DNA of 64,000 nt from Chiloscyllium plagiosum (lineage: Eukaryota): assembly GCF_004010195.1 (NCBI RefSeq), contig NC_057721.1, positions 79,324,286 through 79,388,285 on the forward strand, read 5' to 3'. A model generated the notes under the pieces. It was not told the DNA's origin, searched no databases, and saw only the letters and a program-made list of their open reading frames with translations. Below, in pieces: positions 12,201 to 24,200 of the stretch; positions within the stretch are counted from its first letter, which is position 1; each line of letters starts with the position of its first letter. The translations under genes were made by a program, and so were the position numbers.

Positions 12201-15200
12201 ACCAATACCTTTGTGGACATAACTTTGTAATAATAATGGACCACAAATTCCTGCTGGGTCCACTTAAAAAGGACAAGGCAGTGCCACCCACAGATTCAGA
12301 CCAAATTCAGCAATGGGCTTTCATACTAATTGCATACAATTACAAGTTGGATCTCCATCCAGGAGGCCAAGTAGCGAAAGTGGATGCATTGAACTGCCTC
12401 CTGCTGCCAGATACACCCCTGATGGGGCAGGCACTGGAAGAGCTTTCCTGATAAAGTTTTTGACTGAAACGTTGATTTTCCTGCTCCTCGGACGCCGCCT
12501 GACCTGCTGTGTCTTTCCAGCACCACTCTAATCTCGACTCTAATCTCCAGCATCTGCAGTACCCACTTCTGCCTAGGCACTCAAAGAGTCTGTAATGGTT
12601 TTATATTTTCTGAACACACTTAAAGTCAGAGTCGTAGGGTCATGCAGCACAAAAACAGACCCACCGGTCCAACCAGTTCATACCAAACACAATCCCAAAC
12701 TAAATCATTCCCACCTGCCTGCTCCTGGCCTATATCCCTCCAAATCTTTCCTGTTCATGTACTTATCTAAGTGTCTTTTAAATGTTGTAATTGTACCAAC
12801 ATCCACCACTTCCTCAGGAAGTTCATTCCACACATGAACCACCCTCTGTGTAAAAGATTTGCCCTTCATGTCTTTTTAAAATTGTTCCCCTCTCACCTTA
12901 AAGTGAGTCCCCGAGTCTTGAAATCCCCCATGCTAGGGAAAAGACAACCACCATTAACTCTATCTACGCCTCTCATTATTTTATAAACCTCTATCAGGTC
13001 GCTTTCAACCTCCAACACTCCAATGAAAAATGTCCCAGCCAATCCAGCCTTTCTTTATAACTCAAACCTTCCATATCTATCAACGTTCTGATAAATCTCT
13101 TCTGAACGCTCTCTCTCATCACAGCTGACAATATCAGATTTTGGATGTAGAAAGATCCGGTCCTGGGAGAAGTGAAACAGCTGGTGGTGATGGGGGAAAC
13201 GAGAGGGCTGTCGCACCCAGAATTGAAACCTTTTTGGACACAGAGAAACCCGATCACAGAAGAAGATGGTATATTATTATGGGGAACAACAACGATTGTC
13301 CTGAGCAATGATCACTGCCAGATACTGGCTGAACTCCACCAGGGTCACCCAAGGGTTTCTAAAATGAAGGTATTGGCGAGAAGTTATGTCTGGTGACCAG
13401 GATTGGATGTCGACATAGCTATGTTGGTGGGGCGGCACCCAGAGGACGAAAATTACTGACAGCTCCTCCCCTACATTTTTTCGTACAGTTTGGAAACAGG
13501 CCCTTCGGCCCAACAAGTCCACACTGACCAACCCAGACCCATTCCCCTACCCTAAATTTACTCCTGACTAATGCACCTAACACTATGACCAATTTAGCAT
13601 GGCCAGTTCACCTGTCCTGCACATCTTTGTGTTTGTGAGAGGAAACAGGAGCACCCAGAAGAAACTCACACAGACACAGGGAGAATATGCAAATTCCACA
13701 CAGACAATCGCCCAAGGCGGGAATCAAACCTGGGTCCCTGGTGCTGTGAGGCAGCAGTGCTAACCACTGTGACACCGTGCTGCTCCATTCCTGGGAATGG
13801 CAGAGTAAACCCTGGACTCAGTTACACATCGACTACACGGGTCCTATCATAGGCTCAATGTTCTTAGCCATTGTGGACGCTGACTCAAAATGGCTGGAGA
13901 TCCATAGAATTCATTCACCAAATATGGGAACAATGACAGAAAAGCCATGAGCATCTTTTGCAATGCACGGACTCCTAGAAGTGTTGGTCAAATACAACGG
14001 TCCATCATTTACCAGCAGGTAATTTGAGAATTTCTGAAAGACAAATGGTATTTTGCATGTCAGGGTAGCTCCATGCCATCCATCATCCAGTGGTCTGGCA
14101 GAAAGTGCAGACCAAACTTTGAAGGCAGGCTGAAAGAAACTGCCTACAGTATCATTCGATACCAAACTGTCCTGCTAGCTGTTTGATTATAGGAAAACCC
14201 CTCATGCAACAACAGGGACAGCACCAGCAGAGTTGCCAACAGGGGAAGTCTGATCTTCCTGGACACAAGAGTCCACTAAAGCGAGAGACGCTGTTTACTT
14301 CAGGGAACAAAGTTTGGTGTAAGAACCACAGGAATGGCCCTGACTGGGTGAGGGGTATGGTTGCCGTGAGGTCAGGTTCAGTGACATAGAAAGTTCCACT
14401 CGGTGTGATAGTCCTGAAGAAGCACTGCAAACTCACAAACGGTGCGGGAGCTAAACCTGCTCAGCTCCTCGACAGCCTTTCGGACTGTTCCAGAACCTGT
14501 GGGTGCTCCCTCTCCATCAGGTGTTGAAAATACCTCGGAATCTGAGATGGACACAGCGGATGTCATCACCTCAATGCCTTTCCCGCCTGAAAAACAGAAT
14601 GAATTTCTTTTGAGATGCTCCAGTTGCAAGAGACGAGCTACTGTGTGTTACACACTGCCCATATCAGAGGCAGACCTGGAGGAACCTGAGCTGGTGCTAA
14701 AATGCCTCAGGAGGAACTACAAAAAGAAAAGAACCAGCCAATGTCCTCGGACTCAGAGAGAGAGGGATGTAGTAATTGTAATGAAGTCAGTCAGGTGGAC
14801 CTCATAGAAAATGAGTTCCGTGATTGGGGCTGTTCATCTGGTCCAATCAGGGAGCCCTGGCTCACAGATAAAAACAGGAGTGACAGAGGTTCTGCTCACT
14901 CTGAGAGCTGGCTCTGAGGGAGCTGGACCAGTGTCAAGGACTCTCCCTGTGTAAATAAAGGGTGATGTGGTGACTGGACACCAGCCTCTGTGGAATTATT
15001 TCAGTTATCCTTATGCCACCACCTCCCCTTGCACTTGAGGAAGGGGCATCAAAGGAAATACCGAACACAAGGCTGTGATCTGTTTGTTCTCATTTTAGGG
15101 ATTTGTCTGGTTCAATATGAAAGCAACTACAACACAAGAATAGTTGGACTTAACAAGAGGGCTGGAAGGACTTTATCATCAGATTACGGGATCTTTCAGA

Positions 15201-18200
15201 TCAACAGCGTCAGGTGGTGTGAAGATGGTCAGACACAGCACCCAAAGAGAAGGAAAGGATGTGGGAAGAGGTGCAATGGTAAGCAATTCATCACATCAGG
15301 ACAGGTCAGAAATTATCTCTTCCCTTAGGCTATGATTTTGGTGTACAGCAGTAATTTCTCAACTCCCATTTGTTAAGTGAAAGAATTAAATCATAAAAAT
15401 TCCAATTTAAGCGAAATAGAATACTGTGCAAGAATTAAAGAAAGCAAGTTAGTGCCTTAGAGGATGAGGCTGGGGAGCTAACAATGTGGGAGATTCTTGG
15501 AGCAGAGGGCACAGTCTCAGAATAAAGGGACACCAATTTCAGACTGATTTGAGGGGGGATTTCTCCTCTCAGAGGGTTGAGAGACTTTGGAACTCCTTGT
15601 CACAGAGAGCTGTGGGGGCAGAATCCTTGTGTATACTGAAGGCTGAGATGGAGAGATTCTTGATCAGTCGGGGAATCAATGGTTAAGGGGAAAGGGCAGG
15701 GAGGTGGATGTGAGGAGTGTTGGATGAGCCATGATCTTATTGAATAGCAGAAGGCTCAAGGGACTAAGTGGCCTACTCCTGCTCCTAATTCTCATGGTCT
15801 TTGACGCTTATATGGCAGACACAAATCAATATTCTGCCTCAGTTTCATGGTGGGAGATACTGAAACTATACCAATAGGAACGACAGATGCAGAGATTATA
15901 GAAAAAGAGGAACTTAAATCAATTGCTTTCACTAAGGAAAAGTACTGAGGAAACTATTGGGATGAAAAGCAGACAAACTCCTGTGTCCTGATGGTCTACA
16001 TAATCGGGTATTAAAGGAAGGGGCAGCAGAGACAGTGGATGCATTGTGGGCGCAGTGTATCTGAACTTCCAAAAGGCATCTGGTAAGATGTTGCAAGAAA
16101 GCTTAATACACAATTCTAGATTAGAGTGGTGCTGGTAAAGCACAGCAGTTCAGGCAGCCCTTGAAGGGCTTTTGCCCGAAACGTTGATTTTCCTACTCCT
16201 CGGATGTTGTGCTTTACCAGCACCACTCTAATCTAGAATCTGGTTTCCAACGTCTGCAGTCCTTGTTTTTACCTAGTTAATACACAAGGCAAGCATAGAA
16301 GATTGACTAACCAACAGAAAACAGAGTTGGGATAAATGGATATTTTTATAGAAACCAGTGGCCCAATGGTATTATCATTAGCCTACTAATCACATAAATC
16401 AGGTCGTGTTTTATGGAAACCACAAGACCAGGTACAAATCATGCCGTAGTAAATGGTGGGATTTGAATTCAATCAGAATTTAGCTGCTGTGCTTTCTCTC
16501 CCTTTCTGCAAGTTATTTATGTAAATTGTTAGCAGCAATAACTCCCATGAAACACCACTTGCTCCATCTTACCAACAAGAATGAGTCCCATTTTTGCTTA
16601 TTTTGTTTCCGATAAGCAAGTCAATCATCTATCTATGCCAATATATGACCCCCATCCCATGAACCTTTAGTTGTTGCACTAATCCTTGATGTGATACCTC
16701 AATAAGTACCTTGAGAGTCCATCCACAAATTTCCTTTTATCCACAGCACATGTTACTTCTTCAGAGGAGTTTAACAAGTTAGTTAAACGTGATTTCCCTT
16801 TCACAAGACCATGCTTGATACTGCCTGATTAGCTAGAATATTTCTATGTACTATAACGTCTTTAAAAATTTATTCTAACGTTTTCTCTGTAGCAGCTGTT
16901 AAGCTCTCTGGCCAGACTCCTGCTTCAGCAAACCTTCCCCCCACCCCCTTAACACTTTCTGATTGATATTGAATTTAATTCGTTCAATTAATTTAATAGG
17001 ATATTTTCTAAATCTTCACTAGAATGCACCTCTTCAAACAATGTCAGAATATTGGCATCACCATCCATGGCTCCATCTTCTCCCATCAGTGGGATGGACT
17101 TCAGAGATGCCACACAGTGCTATATCATTGAGAGGAGTTAGCCTGGAAATCCTCAACATTGATTGTAGACCTTCTAAAGTCTTATGGCTCCTGGTCAAAC
17201 ATGGGCAAGGAAACCTCACACTGATGCGTACTTACCACACCCCTTCAGCTGATGAACCAGAGCACCTACATGTTGACCAACAATTAGAAAATGCGCTTGT
17301 TATGGACTAGGCCAGACCCCCTCAAAACATTTACAGAAAGTAGCTCAGACCTTAAATTTGCTAATTGTTTTAAGCGGGTGTGACGTGGATATTCCAGGAC
17401 AAATGCAGCTGGTCAAACCACTTAGTTTTAAACAAAACAGAATTTATTTACAAGATTACCGAATGAAACACAAACAAAAGAGAAGAGAATACAGAATAAG
17501 CTAACCTATCCGAGAACCTTAAAGATTATCCCAACTTAAGGATGCCATTCCCAATACTTGCAACAACCCCCATAAACACCCCTTGGCACAAAAGGAAAAG
17601 ATCAAACAGGAGAAAAGTCAGAGACAGAGTACCAGCCTTTTGTCTAAGGCAGTATCTGTTAGCTATAATCAAACTGGCCCTAAAACCCTTCAGCCCCAGA
17701 CTTTTTGGAGTCTGTCTGAAAAAAAACCAAGGACAACATAACCTTGTTAAAGGAGCAACATCATCACACACAGAGAATAGGAAGGGTGCAGAATGTCCTC
17801 TGGGAGATGGACTCCACTGTCCATGACCAAGGCAGCACAACTGATTGAGTTGGCCAAGTCTTAAGAGATGTAGCTGCTGGAATAGGAAACCGACATGAGG
17901 GAAAAGCTGACTTGACCTCATCCAAATGCATCAGTGACAGACAAATGGGAACCTGGGGGGAAACAAGGGAAAAGAAAACCCTTTTCTAAATTTACGTAAT
18001 AGATTCAAAATAACCACCAGTATGAAAGATAAGGTGATCTCTGCTGGTCAGTTTGTGACAGATAACACTGCAAGCAATTCTCTTTACTGGACTGGTAGAG
18101 AAGTTTTATACCTTTGAAACTGTAATGCCCTAGTGAAATGGAGCTGATAAAACAAAATCTTATCTGGGATTAACTATTTAGTGAACTCTGGGATTTTGTT

Positions 18201-21200
18201 TTAAAAAGACAGGGTCATCTTTTTCAAACCAGAAGCAACGTAGATCATGGACATTTCACACATGAACATTCAAAGGATTATTCTAATACAGTATTGTCTT
18301 TTTCTTGTAGATTTTATCAATGACAACATCATAGATGACATTCAGTGTGTGAAAAGGATAGTGACACCTCAAGGGATGAATGCCTGGTATGTTAATAACT
18401 TTTTAACTTTCTTGTTTCTAGCTGTCTCTAAATATCATTCCCATTTCAGAGGAGTGGAGTCTGCTATTGTTGGTGTGGTTCCAAAATTAATCCTCACCAC
18501 TGTACATCGTGACACAAGTTCTAACTCGTTGATATGCTGCAAGATCCTCTTTCTCGGTTGAGATTTCCAGGGCACTGCTCTTGGTCCAGTGTGGTAAAGG
18601 AAAACCACCAGGTAGTCTAACAACAAGAGATTCCCCTAATTGCTAGAATGCAATGCCATTGGAGTAATAAGCCAAGTGAATGTCTGATGGACTATGGCTT
18701 CAAATCTGAAACTGCTGGAAATTAAAATCAATTAATTTTACTGGAACTGAACGCTCATGTCAGTAATGCTAACCGTGAAACTGTTGTGAATTGCTGTAAA
18801 AAACCTATCCAGTTCCAGAAAAGAACTCCATTCTCCTTACACCGTGTGGTCTACAAATGACTCCAGACTCACTATGATGTGGTTAGCTCTTTTCTGTCCT
18901 CAGAAATGCCTTAGCAAACCAATTAATTCAAGGACAGTAATGGCCAGACAACAAACTATCGTTGTGGTAGACCTTGTTACAGTTAATGTGTGTTAGAACA
19001 GATATCGGGGTCTTTCACCTTCTGAGTTCTTCATGTCCCTCATGTCAAACCATTGTGTTAGGCCATGCTTAGTGCACCACTCAGCATTGATCCTTTCAGA
19101 ATCCTTAATGTCTCAAAGGTCCATGATCTTGGTCTATGACTGTCTATAAGTGCCACCGGGGTATACAATGCATGGGAAGTATAATACACCTCTTCCCATT
19201 AGATGCTCTGAAAATACTCTAGAGTGAAGGATAGTTTGATTGGCTCATTCATTGATCAATAGCTGTCCCTAGCCCGAATGTTAAATATGGCTTTAAAAAG
19301 TTGGTTTCCATTCCTAACTTAAACTCGACAGCTCTGATTTCGGGGTACACGCCAAACAAAGTCAGGGAGGCGAAACAAGATGGTGGCTGTTCTTACTCAT
19401 ATTTGGCATTCTTAGATTACAAAATTGAGACTTAGCACATCCTACCCTACATGAGATTACACATGAATGTAAAAATTGTTTCTTTTTAGTTCATTTATGG
19501 GAGAAGGGAATCACTGGTTCGGCCAGCATTTATTGCCCATCCCTTATGGCCCAGAAGGCAGTCAAGAATCAACCACATTGCTGTGGATCTGGAGTCACAT
19601 CTCGGCCAGACCAGGTAAGGATGGCAGTTTCCACCCCTAAAGGACATTAGTGAACCAGATGGGTTTTTCCTGGCAATGGTTTCATGGTCTTTAGAACTCT
19701 CAATTCCAGTTCTTTACTGAATCACCGAGACAGGATTCGGCCCAGATCCCCAGAACATTACCTGTGTCTCTGGATGAACAATCCAGCAATTGCCTCCCAT
19801 GGTAACGGGAGTACATTATTTGGCCCATTGAACTTTCTTCACACTTCAACTTCTATCTCAACATCGTGTTCCTCCACTCTCCTCATGCCCATTGAAACCC
19901 CGGTCTGGAGAAATCTGTCAGTCAATCTCTTTCTAAATTTACATTCAATGACTTGGCCTCTCCAGCTCTCTGTGGAGTCAAGTTCCACAGGTTCACCATC
20001 CTCTGAGTGAAGAAATTTCTTCTCAGCTGAGTCCAAAAAGGCTGACTGCACATGCTGAGTCCATGACCCCTTTGTGCAGATAGCCCTGCCAAAATGAAAC
20101 ATCAATCAAGCCCTGTCTTTACCTTCCAATAAAATTCCAAATTATTCTTTTAAATACAGGCTAAGAGGTCCCTCAAACAAAAACTCTGCCAGCTCAGGAA
20201 TCTGTCTGATTAATCTGAGTTGTACTTCTTCAGCACCCCCTTCCCCCCTTCCCTTGCAAGGACACATGTATACTTCCTGAAGTAAGAAATCAGAACTGGA
20301 CACAACGTCCCAGGTATGGTCTTAACAAAGCTTTGTACAGCTGTGATAAAACTTTCGATTTTTTTAATCTATTCATTCATGGGACACAGACATCATTGGC
20401 TAGGCCCAGCATTTATTGTCTTTCATAATTTTGTAAAACTCTATAAGGTCACCCCTCAGCCTCCGACGCTCCAGGAAAAACAGCCCCAGCCTGTTCAGCC
20501 TCTCCCTACAGCTCAAATCCCCCAACCCTGGCAACATCTGGGGTGACAACGCTGAGGATGGCCTACCTGCCTTCCAGCTCTCTCCCTGCCCCTACGTATC
20601 ATCACTGATGAAAAATGTGTTGCTGGAAAAGCACAGCAGGTCAGGCAGCATCCAAGGAGCAGGAGAATCGACGTTTCAGGGAGACAGGCCGCCTACTTGC
20701 GGAACGTTTCAGAGAACACCTCTGGGACATGCAGGTCCTTGGCCTCCTCCATCGCCAGACCATGGCAACACGGCGCCTGGAGGAAGAGCGCCTCATCTTT
20801 CGCCTAGGAACCCTCCAACCACAAGGGATGAATGCAGATTTCTCCAGCTTCCTCATTTCCCCTCCCCCCACCTTGTCTCAGTCCCAACCCTCAGACTCAG
20901 CACAGCCTTCTTGACCTGCAATCTTCTTCCCGACCTCTCCGCCCCCACCCCATCACTCTCACCTATCGCATTCCCAATGCCCCTCCCCCAAGTCCCTCCT
21001 CCCTACCTTTTATCTTAGCCTGCTTGGCACACCCTCCTCATTCCTGAAGAAGGGCTTATGCCCGAAACGTCGATTCTCCTGCTCCTTGGATGCTGCCTGA
21101 CCTGCTGCGCTTTTCCAGCAACACATTTTTCAGCTCTGATCTCCAGCATCTGCAGTCCTCACTTTCTCGTACGTATCATCAGGCTCTCACCCACCCTGAC

Positions 21201-24200
21201 ACGTCATCCGACCTGTGGACTGCCCTGACACACCTTACAGCCACCTCTAGGACAGCCCATCCCATTCCCTGGGATGACAGCACGCAGGGCAGCCCACAAG
21301 CCTTCCAGATCTCGGTCTGCCTCTACACATCTTCTGGCTCTCAGCCACTCTGACACACCTCCCAGCTGCCTCTAGGACAGCCCGTCCCGATTACCTCTTC
21401 TCAGGACGACAGCACTCAGAACGGCCTACCCATCTCCGGCTCTCAGGACAACCGACATCAGGGTGGCCTACGCACCCTCCAGCTTTCAGGGTGTCAGCTT
21501 TCGTGATGACCTGTGAGTCTCCAGCTCACAGTAAGGCCTGACAGACCCAGGGACACACAAGACAGTGCAGGTGGTAAACCCAACAAGCAACAAGACAGAG
21601 TCAATCATCAACAAATAGAGTCCTTTCTGGCACAGAGTCCACGACCATGAACAGTTATCTTCAAAATGTAGAGTGCATTCCCAGGAACACAGTCCACTCC
21701 AATACACAAAGTGCACTGTCAGAAATAGAGTCCACTCTAAACTGCAGAGACCATTGCCAAAAACAGTGTCCACAACCGTGGGCAGAATCCACTCCTGAAC
21801 ACCGCAAATGCACACCCCACAGCACACAGGTGTTCAGTCTCCATCCATGGTGAACCAGGCCCACTCACAAGAATACAGTACATTGTACTGTACTGTAGGG
21901 CAGCACGGTGGCTCAGTGGTTAGCACTGCTGCCTCACAGCACCAGGGTCCCAGGTTCAATTCCAGCCTCGGGCGACTGTCTGTGTGGTGTTTGCACATTC
22001 TCCCCATGTCTGCGTGCGTTTCCTCTGGGTGCTCCGGTTTCCACCCAAAGTCAAAAGATGTGCAGATCAGGTGATTTGGCCACGCTAAATTGCCCCATAA
22101 TATTAGGTGCATTAGTCAGAGGAAAATGGGCCTGTGTGGGTTACTCTTCGGAGAGTCGGTGTGGACTGGTTGGGCCAAAGGGCCTGTTTCCACAAAGTAG
22201 GGAATCTAAAGGTGTAGCTAACTCACAGGGGCTTAGTCCACTCCCAAACACCAGCATACAGCAGATGTTCACCTCCTAGTGCACACACAGGTGTTCAGTC
22301 TTTACAGAGGCCTAGTCCACTGACAAAGGACCAGGCCTACTCACAGGAGCAGCCCATCTGGAAAGATGTATTTTCTTACAAGGACTCAGTCCAAACACCA
22401 AATAAAAAGTGAAAACGCAATTCAAAAAGAGAAAACCAAATTTCAAGGGCTAAGTGCTGCCACAAAATCAACATTATCCTTTTCTGAAAGTAAAAGAGAA
22501 AAGAGTAACACACAGGCTGTACCCAGCCAGTGAAATAACAGTTTCCTAATGTGGGCTGAATTACACCTGAAACACGTTGAGGGGATAGATATTGAGGGGA
22601 TAGATCAGGCAGTTTAGGAGTCAGTCCTCAATAAAAAAGGAATACCAGTTAACAAACTGGGTATATAGTCCAGCCAGATCAAGAATCAGGTTTCTCACCC
22701 CCACACAAAAACAAAGCAGAAACCAACAGCAGCAGTAACACACTGACTGTGACCCAGCCAGCATGGAGTCAGTGCCCTAAACTGAGGAGATTCTAAATCC
22801 CTGTTTATATTTTTTTTCTTTTGAAAAAGGAGGGAGCAAGAAAAAGAAAACTCCCATCCTCCAAACCACAAGAGAGTATTAGCAGTAACACACTGACCAT
22901 GGCCTAGCCAGCACAGAATCATTCACCTACACTGAGGAGATTCTAAATCACCTGTTTATATTGGTCAGCCAGGGCTTCCTGATTTTCCCAGCTTAACAAT
23001 CCCATTCAAGGATCTCGTAGGCAATGAGATCCACCTGGTTTCCAAACACCACAGGGACGAATAAACCAGAGGTACTTCACTGTGTCTCACATCTGCACAC
23101 ACACACCATGGGTGCTGGGGAAAAAAATAAGCACTACCGCACTTAGGCGGTAGTGTGGGGGTTAAATTTTTTAAAAAAGAAAAAAAAAGATAAAATATAT
23201 ATATATAACCAGGAGAAGTGGGCGCCGCAGGGAAAAAAAAAGAAAAAAATATATATATAAAAAATAAACCAGAGGCACCATCCTGTGAACCTGAAGGTTG
23301 GTAGGCTGTCCCGAAAGCCGGAGGGTGGGTAGGCCACCCTGATGCCAGTCGCCCTGAGAGCCAGATGGTGGGTAGGCTGTTCTGAGCACTGTCCTAGAGG
23401 TGGTCGAAAGGTGTCAGAGCAGCCGAGAGCCAGAAGGCGGGTAGGGGCGGGCTGAGATCCGGAATGCTTGTGGGCTACCCTACACGCTGTCGTCCCAGGG
23501 AAGGGGACGGGCTGTCCTAGAGGTGGCCGAAAGGTGTGCCAGGATAGCCCACTGCTCGGAGGTGCAACAGGGTGGGTGAGAGCCCAATGGTACGTAGAGG
23601 CAGACCGAGAGCCAGAAGGCGGGTAGCCGTCCTCAGCACTGTCATCCCGGGCAGGTACCGGGGCGGGCTGCCCCAGAGGTCGTCAAAAGGTGCTGAGGGT
23701 GGTTAGTGAAGCTGGAAGGTGGGTAGATCGTCCTGACTGCTGTCACCCCGGGCGGGTACCGGGGCGGGCTGTCCTAGAGGTGGTCGAAAGGTATGTAACA
23801 GTATTGTCTAATGTACAAATGTCATTGTTGATGTCTCTTTAGATTTTTATGTTAAACTGGAATTTGAGGTTTGTCCTCATGTCCCTGTAAACTGTTTGAA
23901 CGGTAGGGTTTGGGGCCTGGCTTTGCTGCTCCTCTCGCTGCTCCCCTCCCTTGTAAAATTGCTGTCTCTTGTATGCAGCTGTAAATGTAATTGTTTGTTG
24001 TAAACTGTTTTTGTCATTTGTTTAATAAAATAAGAAAAAGCCAGAGGCACAAAATATAACTAGGAGATTAGAAAAAAAAAATAAAACATAACCAGGAGAT
24101 TTAGAAATTCCTCAGAAAAAAAAATATAACCAGGAGGTTTAGAACTTCCTTAGATTAGGAAACTGACTCTGTGCTGGCTGGGCCACAGTCAGGGTGGTGC

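Larger units (their letters stand above)
10040..15003 (+). mobile_element. decayed 5'-truncated Ty3/Gypsy LTR retrotransposon with nested insertions (intron 1 of gene B)
   Basis: Fragments in PR-RT-RH-IN order: MKVDSG (protease), [12 protein letters not shown] (RT), [14 protein letters not shown] (RNase H), LHQGHP..SKMK.LARSYVW (integrase Zn finger), PWTQLHIDY (integrase core); many stops. Confidence 0.85.

Noticed and set aside
21590-21880. CRISPR-like array
   Set aside because: A degenerate eukaryotic minisatellite with no constant repeat or unique spacers and no cas genes.
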